DNA of 64,000 nucleotides from Octopus vulgaris. Taxonomy: Eukaryota. How positions within the stretch are numbered: the stretch's first letter is position 1; each line of letters starts with the position of its first letter. A program made the position numbers and the translations under genes. Below are positions 44,378-58,670 of the stretch, in pieces. The stretch is from positions 9,734,001-9,798,000 of the forward strand of contig OX597829.1 of the NCBI GenBank assembly GCA_951406725.2, written 5' to 3'. The notes beneath the pieces were generated by a model, which had not been told where the DNA came from, made no database searches, and worked only from the letters and a program-made list of their open reading frames with translations.

Positions 44378-45004
44378 TAGACACACATATATATAAATAC
44401 ATACATACACACACACATACATACATACATACAAACGTATATATACACGCACACACATACATACATACATGATACATATATACACACAAAGAAATAGACA
44501 CACACGCAAAACACACACACATACACACATGTATATACATATATATGTGTGCGTGTGTGTGTATTGCGTATGTAACTAGGTGTGAGTGTGCGCGCGCGCA
44601 TTTAGAATCTTCCGTGTCATCCAATTTCAATGGGAAAAGTCACACAACAGTTCAGAATATATGCAACTGTGCAAACATATTTGACACCACCAGGCTATGG
44701 GTTCGCCCTATTCTCATAAAACTTAAGTGGTAACAAAAACAATATTCTAACCAATTCAAAATGGATTATAACGGATTATCGAGGATTACCTGTGCTTAAA
44801 TGGATACACCCAATGTACCCAGGTAGGTATTTTGGGTACAAGTTGATATAGATAGTAGATATAATTTCTATATGGGGTGAACCAGTACAAAGTTGTTGAC
44901 ATTTCATTTCTGCTTGTATGTTTGTATGTATGTCGGTAAATTTATTATACATATATCTACGTATGTGTGTATGATGCTGTATATATATATATACAACTAT
45001 ACAA

Positions 45005-45045
<41 letters not shown>

Positions 45046-45125
45046 CATGTACATATATATATATACATGTACGTATATACATCTATATACATGTATATAT
45101 ATACATATATATATGTATATATGTA

Positions 45126-45172
<47 letters not shown>

Positions 45173-45505
45173 GTGTGTGTACGTATTTATATATAAACAA
45201 AGGTAGATATACATACTTTCATGCATAATGTTAAATATAACCAAGTATGTGTGCGTGTACCTGTGTGTGTGTGTATGTGTGTGCAAATATATATGTATAT
45301 TTTTGTATGTATGTATCTATGTTTATTAACAGACAAATGGATAGATATATAGACAGAGCGACAAACGTTAAATTGGTTTTAATATATTTTGCGAAATCTG
45401 TAGCTATATATATATAATCATTTCAGCGCAATTATATATAGTTATGTGCATATAAATATAAAATTATACACAATATGCATTGCTAATAATCTTACTTGTG
45501 TATGC

Positions 45506-45553
<48 letters not shown>

Positions 45554-45744
45554 GCACTCATTTCTTTTATCATTTGTGGTTATTATATACAGTAGCATGT
45601 TTGGGTTCATTAAAACGTAAAGCCATTTTTTCATTTAATATTTTGCATAATATTTAAATATGATTATGCCATTTATATTACATTTATTTCATGTAATTTA
45701 CATAAACATGATTCATGATAGCATTTGTGTTGAACATCTGTCTA

Positions 45745-45846
45745 TGTAAGTATGTATGTATGTATGTATGTATGTATGTATGTATGTATGTATGTATGTA
45801 TGTATGTATGTATGTATGTGTGTATGTATGTATGTATGTATGTATG

Positions 45847-45880
<34 letters not shown>

Positions 45881-45894
45881 TGTATGTATGTATG

Positions 45895-45928
<34 letters not shown>

Positions 45929-45934
45929 TGTATG

Positions 45935-45968
<34 letters not shown>

Positions 45969-45974
45969 TGTATG

Positions 45975-46008
<34 letters not shown>

Positions 46009-46080
46009 TGTATGTATGTATGTATGTATGTATGTATGTATGCATGTATGTATGTATATGTGTAAGCATGTATATATGTA
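45745..46080. repeat. (ATGT)n array
   Basis: Directly visible. Confidence 0.96.
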
Positions 46081-46084
46081 TGTA

Positions 46085-46275
46085 TCAAGCAGTATCATCT
46101 AAGTGCTTGACTAAATACTTTGCGATATCTGTTCCGGCTCTTAATTCTTAGTTCAAATTCCGCCGAGTTTGCCTTTCATCCTTTCTTGGACTCTAAAACG
46201 AAAGTACGAGTCAAGTACTTTGATTGATTTAATCGATTATCCCTCTCCTCCTTCTAAAATTGCTGGCCTTATGTC
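46085..46275 (+). mobile_element. SINE family A, decayed
   Basis: agttcaaattccgccgagtttgcctttcatcctttc..aaaattgctggcctt. Confidence 0.8.
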
Positions 46276-46290
46276 TACACGCACACACAC

Positions 46291-46332
<42 letters not shown>

Positions 46333-47402
46333 TGTATGTATGTATGTATATACGCATGTATGTATGTATATATGTATTTAAGTATTTATGTATGTGTGTA
46401 TGTATATATGTATGTATGTATGTTTTTGTGTCTGTGTGTTTATGTATGTATATATGTAATGTATGCAAATGTATACGTTTTGTGATCAACATGTGTTCGT
46501 GCATGTGTGTGTATATGTATCTGTGTGTTTCCATGCATATGTGTATGTATGGTTTTTATTGTTATATAAACATTAATTATGTTTATGCAATGACTTTTTG
46601 TTTATTTATGCGAATTTCAATTAATCACTTAGCTTATGAATTAAATAATTATGTAATTATTCGAGTATCGCAAAATCCATTACCTTATTGTTTAAAACAA
46701 CAGTAAAGGTAAACAAAATACCTGTTGAGAAGGACACCAATCGTAGCGCCCACACCCTCGCCACCAAACACTTACCCAACACCCGTCGACTGAAGACGAA
46801 AAGAAAAGAGAAAATAACAAAAAAATATAAAAGTCACCTATCATATATTTTGTCTTCTTTCATACACACTCACGCGTGTGTCCAATCTCTGTCATTTCTT
46901 TATCTGTCTTTCTTTTACATACAGCAACAAGTACAAAAATACGCGGCTCTCTAACCATATTAGTAACCAGGCAAGTTCATGAAGTACAATTGACTCACCT
47001 GCCTGGCCGCACCCTATTTCCTCAGTGCAGTCACAATCAACACAATATCACTGTACCTGTTAACCGCAGAATTGCTCAGTCGGCAGGGTACCCTCGTTTT
47101 TTTTTTTTCATTTTATCATTATTATCATTATTATTATTATCTTTCCAATTGTAACGTCTCAAGTTCGAGTTTTTATTCTGTTAACTTTTCTGTGTGTGAA
47201 AGTGTGTGTGTGTGAGAGAGAGAGAGAGAGGGGGGGGGAATTAGATCAACACTAAAAACCAACAATAAAACAAAACAAAAGCTCAACAATAACACTAAAC
47301 AAATAGAAAATGCCAGGTTATCATCAAATCTTTTCATTGGTTTTTGTTTTTGTTTGTTAGTTATTTTTAATGCTTTTTTTCCCATTCACTTTTAAACTTA
47401 TT

Positions 47403-47589
47403 AATATTGGCTTCAAATTTTGGCACAAGGCCAGCAATTTTGGGGAGTGGGTAAGTCGATTAAACCGACTCCGAGAGGACGAAAACCAAAGACGACCTCG
47501 GCGGAATTTGAACCACGAATGTTAAGACGGACGAAATGCCGCTAAGCATTTGATCCAGCCTGCTAATATTAGTACTAGCTCGTCACCTT
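47403..47589 (-). mobile_element. SINE family A, tail type 2
   Basis: aatattggcttcaaattttggcacaaggccagcaattt..cctcggcggaatttgaac; flanked by ttaaa(c/t)ttattaatattg repeats. Confidence 0.85.
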
Positions 47590-47954
47590 GAAATCCATTA
47601 AATTTATTAATATTGTTAACGCGATTCCTCATCCTTTGGTCTTTTGGTGACCAAATCACCAAAAGACCAATTACAGACCAAACTTAGTGAAAGAAATTGC
47701 ACCATTTTCTTTACTTAGAGAGAGAACTATTAATTTCAAATAGCATAAATAGATAATTTTATATATTTTATATTTATATACATATATATACATACATATA
47801 TATATGTGTGTGTATATATATATATGCATATATATACATATATACGTAAATATATGTTCATTAATATATATAAATATATTTATATATATGCATATATGTA
47901 TATATATACATATATACATATATATATATTGTGAAAGCACGTGGTTGAATATAT

Positions 47955-48227
47955 AGAAAATAGTAAAAAGTGAAAAGACTACAGAAGGCTTGTTTTAAAA
48001 GGTTAAAAAATATATATTTGAGTCAATATGTCTGAGGAATATTAAAAATTTTTTTCTTACAATGACATAATTTAGAAGAAATGACCGGTTTCGCGTTCAG
48101 CTTTTCAAATTTCTTACTATATCATTGTAAGAAAAAAAATTGATAACATTCTTCAGACATATTGACTCAAATATATATTTTTTAACCTTTTAAAACAAGC
48201 CTTCTGTAGTTTTTTAACATTTTACTA

Positions 48228-48233
<6 letters not shown>
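47955..48233. mobile_element. Fold-back element: ~110 bp imperfect inverted arms around a hammerhead motif
   Basis: Left arm agaaaatagtaaaa..actacagaaggcttgttttaaaaggttaaaaaatatatatttgagtcaatatgtctga..tcttacaatga is the reverse complement of 48122-48233; flanked by TA-rich and (CT)n/(TA)n tracts. Confidence 0.85.
48076..48115 (-). ncRNA. Minimal type I hammerhead ribozyme motif with U3-A8 covariation
   Basis: Minus strand: aagaaat-TTGAAAA-GC-TGAAC-GC-GAAA-CCGG-TC-atttctt; 7 bp stem I, 2 bp stem II, ACCGGU palindrome in place of stem III, GUC cleavage triplet. Confidence 0.7.
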
Positions 48234-48312
<79 letters not shown>

Positions 48313-48518
48313 CTCGAAATACGAGAATATAAAAACAGTCAACAGCTGATGAAGGGGCGTTCATTATGTTGTTTGTTTTGTTTTCCATTTGTGTCTTTCG
48401 GTGTTCGAAAAGATAGTTCATATTCCATGTTCTCGTACTTCGTATTTCTCTATTGTACACGTTTCATGACGTCCTGTGGCCACATAAGCATACACGTGTA
48501 TAGATGTAAGTATGTATA

Positions 48519-48578
<60 letters not shown>

Positions 48579-48588
48579 TACATGTACG

Positions 48589-48622
<34 letters not shown>

Positions 48623-48632
48623 TACATGTACG

Positions 48633-48681
<49 letters not shown>

Positions 48682-48953
48682 CGATCGTTTCGATCCATCG
48701 TGCAGGTGTGATGTTGCACACACAGCTGTGCTGCATCTACGATGCAGATATGTCTTCTCAGGAGGCACACTACAAGATGTATATCCATCTAAAAATCATT
48801 ATTATTATCATTATTATTATTATTATTACTATTTTTATATACACATTCATACATACATATATATGTGTGTGTGTTATATATCTATGTATATGTATGTGTG
48901 TGTGTATATATATATATATATATTTATTAATGATATATATATATACATATATA

Positions 48954-48984
<31 letters not shown>

Positions 48985-50915
48985 CATTAATAAATGAACG
49001 AACACTAAGCAATAGATATGGAAAGCTTTTTTTACAAACCTTTATTAAAACGTCTAAACCAACAACAACACAAAGAAACAGAATCATTTATTTTAAATTT
49101 GATAAAAACCAGCAAAAATAAAAAGGACGTTGGAAAATTTTCCTAAAACTATATTCATTGTCTATAATCTTAATCTGGGGCTTAAATTTGATCTTTTGAC
49201 GGTTAACAGTGGGTTCAGTTTCTCAATATTTATTATCCATGCTCAGTTAAATCACAAATTTTTTTTATGGCATTGGTAAAATTATAGTGTGCCTCACACA
49301 TACTACACATACATAGTTATTGCAGTGCGATTGCAAGGTGGCCTACCTGTACATGACCACTTGATTTGCAGCCTGTTTTTTTACAAATGCTGCCCACATT
49401 CGTGAAGATTGTTAAATATATAGGATAAGCCAATATTGGATATGCTATGTGTAAAAAGAAAACAGAACAGTCAAGAGGCTAATGCTGCTCGATCAATAAA
49501 TTCTTGACGCAAGAAATATTTCTCTCAGCCTGTTAAAAAGTTGCTAGAGAATGACACTGGCAAACCCTGTACAAAGATAGCTCTAAACCCTCTAATACAC
49601 TAGCATTAATAAGCAACGGCATTTATAAATAATCCAGAAAAAATTATTCACAACTTTACACGAAAAATAACACTCGTTGTCACAATAGCGTTACAAACAA
49701 GAAGTGCTGGTATCTTCTTTCCCAGCGTGACAACTCCATAAAGAATAAATTTAAAATAAATATTTCCCACACAAAAACAAACATTGTAAAAAAAGGTGCG
49801 AAAATCTAAAAATTTTGCTATTCAAGACTAGCAGTGTGATAATGAATAGATAAATAAATAAATAAAAGACCTTTAAAAAATTAAAGAATTTTATCATTAC
49901 AGCATATATATATATAGCAATAATTCAGAAAATATTCTGATTACAAGAGCAAAGAACACTCATCAATACAAATTATACTTGAATTGGAACAGATTGAACA
50001 TTCCACGGCAGGGATGGTCTCGTAGCACACATAAAATCTTGTATTCGATATATTTAGCATAAATAATTGTTATACACTTATAAGATGTAACTCTACGCTA
50101 AAACGCAGGTTTTCAATAAGAAAGAAATTAACTAAGTAAAACATAATAAACTTATCTACCACCATGACCTCATAATACATCCATCCCCAACACTTGAACA
50201 TTATCAGAACACCAATGGCAAGGACATAACTTCAAGGTACTGAACACCTCTTGATTTTCAAATAATGCAGATAATAAGAGAGGTAGGTTAATGCTATTTA
50301 CATCCTAAAGAATCCATGCTAACACATGCACACACACCTTCACTAAATTATCTACAACTTTTACCTAGATATCACCTTGCTTGAAATACACCTAGCTACC
50401 GCAACTACCTGACAAATTGTTCCACAATTAACATGCAAGTGTGTGATGATGATAATTGGTAAGTGGTCCGAAGAGTACTTACCAATTATCAACACATCAC
50501 ATTACCTATCAATAAAGAAAGAGAAATTCCTTTGCCGACTCCAAAAAATAAACAAATAAATTAATAAATGAATAAACATAATGGAACGAGTTCCACCTAG
50601 AAAGACAATCAAGATTTTATTTTCATTTCTTATTTTATATTTTCTATATATATTTTTTTCCAGAATTCAACAACATAGACATCCAATACATACATTCAAC
50701 AAAATAATTATAGACACACCTAAAGAAAAAAAAACAACCCATATCTAAGAAGGCAACATAAAACAATAAAACCCCAATGACACACCAGAAATAGTCAACG
50801 TCATAAAAACTTGAGACAGCCTCAAAGACAATACATCAAACCACACAGTACCGAAATAAACCCAGCATCAAATAACAAAACAAGGGAATAACAACAAGAA
50901 AAGCTAATAATGATG

Positions 50916-50998
<83 letters not shown>

Positions 50999-51511
50999 GA
51001 AAGTAGAAAACTGGCAAATATTTGCATCCAACATAAACCACAGAACTAATATTAAAACACTAGAGTAATTAGTAGCATTATTAACAACAGTCAAACCACA
51101 CACCTCATATCACAATAGCAAAATAAGATAATAAAACCCCACTGCAGCACCGAGCAACCTTCCTTAACATTCATTTCTCGAAAAATGAACCAGCAAAACA
51201 CAGCCACACACGAAGACCATAGGCAAATTAAACGGAAAGTACGCATTTTTTAATCAAGCCATGATTTACAACCTCATCCGCCTCTTTTAGATCAGACAGA
51301 CAAAGGTCAATGGAAAAAAATCTAAAAACTCATACTCGCTTTTTGTTCTGAAATACTCACAAAAGTATACATAAAGCACTTTGCACCTGAAAGAATCACC
51401 ATACCCCGCATCAACTACATCAGTTTTTATCAATGTTATGAAAAACTGCGAACTTTAAATGAATGGGCAAAATAATTTTAAAACAATAAAACTCAAGTGA
51501 TGTAACATAAT

Positions 51512-51710
51512 CGTTTCTTCTATAGGCACAAGGAAGGGGCTAGTCAGTTGCATCGACCCCAATGCTCGACTGGTACTTATTTTTATCGATCCCGAAAGGA
51601 TGAATGGCTAAGTCAACCTCGGCGGAATTTGAACACAGAACGTGAGGACGGACAAATTGCCGCTATGCATTTTATCCGGTGTGCTAACCATTCAGCCAGC
51701 TCGTTGTCTT
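51512..51710 (-). mobile_element. SINE family A with ~18 bp TSD
   Basis: Reverse-complement head and core; TSD caagtgatgtaacataat (51494-51511) / caagtgactcaacataat (51711-51728). Confidence 0.9.
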
Positions 51711-52035
51711 CAAGTGACTCAACATAATGCAAACAATTTTTAAAGATTAGATGTTCAAGAACAATATTTCCAGTACCTATGATTTATCGAATGAAATTCT
51801 AAACAAACACGTATGTCATCTAAGCCACAATTTTTGATCTATACCTATGCGATCTTCCATTCTGCATGCATAATTGCACAACTTTTCCAACCCTATTTAA
51901 ATCACTAAGATATCTGGCTCTAAATTGGATATAATGTAGTACGCAGCAAATCCAGTGTTTCAAATGTAACAAGCCATCGTATACAACAAAATAAATATAG
52001 ATATACCACACACAATCAAAAATATTATTATTACA

Positions 52036-52268
52036 AAGGCGGTGAGCTTGCAGAATCGTTAGCACGTCGGGCGAAATGCTTAGCGGTATTTCGGCTGCCG
52101 TTACGTTGTGAGTTCAAATTCCGCCGAGGTCGACTTTGCCTTTCATCCTTTCGGGGTCGATAAATTAAGTACCAGTTAAGCACTGGGGTCGATATAATCG
52201 ACTTAATACCTATGTCTGTCCATGTTTGTCCCCTCTATGTTTAGCCCCCTGTGGGCAATAAAGAAATA
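52036..52268 (+). mobile_element. SINE family A, best-preserved copy (tRNA-derived head, MetaSINE-like core, tail type 1)
   Basis: A-box-like gagcttgcagaatcg, B box gagttcaaattcc, core gactttgcctttcatcctttcggggtcgataaattaagtaccag (resembles the Meta domain as recalled), tail ending aataaagaaata. Confidence 0.93.
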
Positions 52269-52269
52269 G

Positions 52270-52440
52270 GTATTGTGTCTGTCTTTGCGTTCTGAGTTCA
52301 AATTCCGCCGAGATCGTCTTTGTCTTTTATTCTTTTGAGGTTGATAAAATAAGTACCATATGAGTACTGAGTTCGATGTAATCTTCTTGCCGCTTCTACC
52401 GAACTTGGTGACCTTGCACCAAAATTCGAAACCAATATCA
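52270..52440 (+). mobile_element. SINE family A, 5'-truncated, tail type 2, directly tandem to the previous copy
   Basis: ttctgagttcaaattccgccgag..gataaaataagtacca..ccttgcaccaaaattcgaaaccaatat. Confidence 0.85.
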
Positions 52441-53109
52441 CGTGTTACACACAACTCATCAGTAACATTCACAACACTCACACAAATTATGAAAGCAAAT
52501 TGACACAGAAACACACTTAGAAAACAATTACAGGTATCACAATTTGTTCAGCAGAAAGAAACAACAATAGTGTACAAACAATACATTAGTTTCACTTTGG
52601 GTTACGCTTACCCTATCTAGCCATTAATCTCTCCACAACAAACCACAATAAACTACAATGAACAGAAAACAGAGCCTTTTGCACCATAACACATTGTAAA
52701 TAGGCCACACCTACATACAACCTAGACAACGGGATAAACATACTGAAAATGAAATACCACCTGGACATACGAGGGGCACGCTCTGTCGCCACAACAGGCT
52801 TCAAATCCACAGTTTCTATTCTGACATGACAAAAAGAAATAAATTCCACCCTCCCCGCTGCAGACATTCAGACCATATAGAACACTCCTGAACATTGTTA
52901 TAATATCGTAAAAATTCTATCTATCTCCCTTGCCTCCTACACATGAACAAGCAAAAGAAGCATATGTAAGCACAGAAATCGAACCAGGGTCGCCAACTTT
53001 GTCGTTCATCCTTTTGGGGTCAAGTACCAGTTAGATCGACCGTAGATCGAGCCTCCCCCCACCAAAAAAAAAAATAGTATGACGCTCTACTTACGTTAGA
53101 AACTACAAA

Positions 53110-53410
53110 TAGATGGGATAGACATCGTTGGAATGCCTTTGATCACTGAATAGGGGCTGGACTTGGAGGCCCCTACGTGATTCAAGCCCGCTGAGGAGGA
53201 CGGCCTCCAAGGTGAGCTCCGGTTGAGGAGACCTATGATCAAAGGTGTTCCATCTGTGACCATCCCGTTTCTTTTCTTTTCTTTAGCTTGCACGCAGAGA
53301 ACTTAAAGGCACCTTCTTAAACGAATCCTATTTTTAAGACGGTAGACTTTGATGTCAAACAGATTCGGCTACTATTTGTTGCAGCCGATCAACCACGTAG
53401 AGACTACCTA
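53110..53410. mobile_element. Two family D fragments tail-to-tail
   Basis: ggaatgcctttgatca (+, ~53130) versus tgatcaaaggtgttcc (-, ~53236). Confidence 0.6.
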
Positions 53411-53548
53411 CTACGTTTAGGGTGAATGAGCCATGTTAGTTTATATGCTAATCTCTGATTTACAACAAAGACAGGATTGCCACGACCGGATTCTCTCTAA
53501 CCATAAATACGCTCAATCATGATTGTACCGTAGCAAAACAACAGCAAA

Positions 53549-53630
<82 letters not shown>

Positions 53631-53693
53631 TTTAACTAGAAATGCAGTAAATATAACAATTAGGCCCTTAATTTCATTTCATTTCTATCTTCC

Positions 53694-55246
<1,553 letters not shown>

Positions 55247-55676
55247 TTATTTGCTTATTTATTCTGCATTTTCTGTGTTCACTGTTCATCTTCTGTTTCT
55301 AATTTTACTTATGATTTTATGCACCGATTTTTAATTTCTCTGCATTCTAACAATTCATAAAACCATTGTGCTTTCTCCGCTGTTTGTGTGTTACTCGGTT
55401 AACGAACTTAACTCATTGAGCGAAATTGAAGGTATGATCGCTATATTTTTAGCCTATTCTAAACAAGTCCGAATTTTAACAGTTTGAACATACTCAACTA
55501 TTGAACGAAATCGAAGCCATAATCAAAATTTTTAAAAAAATTGAAAATAAACCGAAACCTGCTACAAACTTTTTTTAGAACACCTAACGTAGGCATAGGA
55601 ATATTTACAAAATGAGGAATTTATGGGGTTCCGCTTGGCAGTATAATGACGTACAAATAGAAGTTTAAGACATTTG

Positions 55677-56085
55677 CCTTTTATTTGTTTCAGGTATTAG
55701 ATCGCGACCATGCTGAAGCACTGCCTTAAAGTACTTTAGCCGAACGAATCGCACCCCCACCCCTTATTTATTGTTTTTAAGCCTGATGCTTCTATCGGTC
55801 TCTTTTGCCGAGCTGTTAAGTTACGGAAATGTAAACGCACCAACACTGATTGTCAAGTGTTGGTGGGAAACTCAAACACAAAGAAACATACGTAGATACA
55901 CACATATACATCACATACACACCACACACCACACACATACACCACACCACACGCACGCACGCACACACACACACACACACTACGCACACACATACACATA
56001 TGCGATGGAGCTTCTTTCAGTTTACGTCTACCAAATCCAACGGCCAGGCTTGGGTTGGTCCGATGTTATCTGTAGAAGACGCCCA
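55677..56085 (-). mobile_element. SINE family B, decayed
   Basis: cttttatttgtttcag..gcgaccatgctgaagcactgcc..cggtctcttttgccga..gcttctttcagttt..tagaagac. Confidence 0.82.
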
Positions 56086-56194
56086 ATTCACGCTTATGTT
56101 TAGATGTATGAAATTGTATGAAATGTTATACCCTCAAGATTTCTGTTGTACGTATGGAAATTGTTAATGTTAGTGTTATTTTAAAACTTTCCTT

Positions 56195-56563
56195 TTATTA
56201 CCTCCGCCTTAGCGAAGGTGCAGGTATTGTTTTCAGTCGTGTTTGTTTGTTTGTCCGTGAACCAGATATCTCAATAACCGCAGGATGGATTCGAATGATA
56301 CTTTCAGGGATGTTTGGCTTTGTGACTGGCACGAACTGATTTGATTTTGGCATCGATCCGGTATCGGACAATGATTCTGGATAATTTTTCCTGTTATTTT
56401 TTACTTAATTTTTTGAGAGCAGTCGGGTTCATTTATACTATTCTCATTTGTGAGAGCAGTCGAGTTTATTTCAGATCTTCTTATTTTAAAAATCGTTGAG
56501 AGGACGTTGGTGTTGCCTTGGCGGAGGTTTGCGCTCTCTGAGTGCTCTTGTCCTTTTTTAGTT
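56195..56563 (+). mobile_element. Non-autonomous Helentron/DINE-1-like element
   Basis: 5' ttattACCTCCGCC with subterminal inverted copy GGCGGAGGT (56520-56528), (TTTG)n tract, 3' hairpin gcgctc-tct-gagtgc (56531-56545), T-rich flanks. Confidence 0.8.
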
Positions 56564-56777
56564 TCATCGCATTTTTATTTTACCAAATATAAACCACTCA
56601 TGACTTTCAACAAAACGCTTCTTAACTCAAGCAGTAGTTAGAAAATTTCCATTTATTATTAGACGTTTCGCGTTTAGAGACGATTTCAAATACTGAAAAG
56701 GTTCTATAATGTCGAGACTCACTTCATTCTACTGATAAGTCCGAATTATAGATAGCAATTTTCATACCTCTGCGTAT

Positions 56778-56891
<114 letters not shown>

Positions 56892-56932
56892 GACAGACAG
56901 ACAGATAGATAAGTAGATAGGTAGATAGATAA

Positions 56933-56994
<62 letters not shown>

Positions 56995-58289
56995 GGCTTG
57001 CTGGCTGATTGGCTGGCTGGCTAATTGAGTGGCTCGCTAGATGAGTGTGAGGGGAAGGTAGGTAGGTGTATGTATGCATGCATGTATGTATGTATATATG
57101 TATGCATGTATGTATATATGCATGTATGTATGTATGTATGTATATATGTATGTATGTATGTGTGTATGTATGTATGTATGTATGTATGTATGTATGTGTG
57201 TATGTATGTATGTGTGTATGTATGTATGTGTAAATTTAGTGACGTATTAGGTAAGAGTAAGGAGAATTCTTTGAGGCACTATACGCATTTGGAGATGTGA
57301 TTGTATCTGAAAATGAAAGAATGTATTTATATAGTAAATGAGGTCTTGATTTATTGATCGGAGAATATATTTAAATACAATTATAAGCAATTCACAGATA
57401 CAGACAGATACACACACACTCACACACACAAATACAAACATAAACACATACTCATACATACACACACATACACACAACTGAATAAACTGGAGTCTTAACG
57501 GCAGAGTGCAAAAGTTGAGCAGGTTATTTGCCATGGCGACTGTTTCTGCAATTAAAAACTCCACTGATTAAGTTCATTAATTAACATTTCTATGAGAGAT
57601 AAATTAGATAAACGTCTGACTATCTGAAAACTATGTACTATAAACGTTGCAAGAGATTTCGACGGAGTCGATCGACTTGCTAGAAATAGGAACATAATTT
57701 TATTCAAATTACGTCTTAATATCGTAAAAAATAGTTGAATAATCCAAAGTTGGGGTTGTCGTAGCTGCATTGTTTTTGACTGTGGTTCTGCGAAATCAGG
57801 GTTAAACCAAAATACTGCAACACTGATGGTCCTAGATGCACCGGGAAGTTTAAAGAGTGCCAATGGCTTTAAGCTTGCTCAGTTGTATTTGACATGGAAC
57901 AAAGCAACAACCACAGTAACAATATCGTCCGTAACTACAAACCACAAGGAAAACATCGCTTTACTGTTGTAATATAGTAAAGGAGTGTGCAGTTGATTGC
58001 CAAAGTCTTTTGCATGTTTGCAATGCCAAAGTCCAATTCTAACATAATCCTAAGGTAAGCAACATGAATAACCATTCTAGTGTATCTTGGCTTGAGTCAC
58101 ATGAACTTTTTCAGGCTAATTGGGTTGCCCTGATGTAACGTACCAAATTGATATGATGAAAATGCCAGACAAATCTGTCTCGTAATAACACCGAAGTGTA
58201 CTACTGAAAATGGAGCACCCACTGGATATATTGCACGGACAAATTGATGGAGGTGATCATAATTGTAATACATTTGATCATAGATCACT

Positions 58290-58312
58290 CAACAACAACA
58301 ACTACAACCACA

Positions 58313-58388
<76 letters not shown>

Positions 58389-58550
58389 AAGTAGTAGTAG
58401 TAGTAGCAATAGTTGTGGTGGTGGTGGTGGTGATGGTGGTAGTAGTAGTAGTAGTAGTGGTGGTGGTGGTGGTGGTGGTGGTGGTAGTTGTAGTAGTAGT
58501 AGTAGTAGTAGTAGTAGCAGTAGTAGTAGTAAGTAGTAGTGGTAGTAATA
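58290..58550. repeat. Compound (AAC)/(AAT)/(AGT)/(GGT) microsatellite
   Basis: Directly visible. Confidence 0.95.
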
Positions 58551-58551
58551 G

Positions 58552-58670
58552 CAGTTTCAAATTCTGGTACAAGGTCAGTAATCCTAGGGGGTCAACTCGT
58601 ACTTATTTTATCGACCTCGAAAGGATGAAAAGCAAAGTCGACCGCAGCAGTATTTGAACTCAGGACGCAA
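58552..58670 (-). mobile_element. SINE family A fragment
   Basis: gtacttattttatcgacctcgaaaggatgaaaagcaaagtcgacc..tttgaactcag. Confidence 0.82.

Larger units (their letters stand above)
49900..52900 (+). mobile_element. Highly decayed APE-type LINE (I/Jockey-like), interrupted by (AAT)n and SINEs
   Basis: Strong A/C strand bias; fragmentary motifs (TFNKIIIDT, TPEIVNVIK, WQ.F..INHRTN near 50690-51060; NKLQ..N.A..TIT.C..ATP near 52645-52715) resemble endonuclease-RT linker and thumb regions. No intact ORF. Confidence 0.45.

Noticed and set aside
49150-49500. Possible second PLE endonuclease C-terminus on the minus strand (IEKLNPLL / KFKPQ)
   Set aside because: Only a few residues match and no GIY-YIG motif is recoverable.
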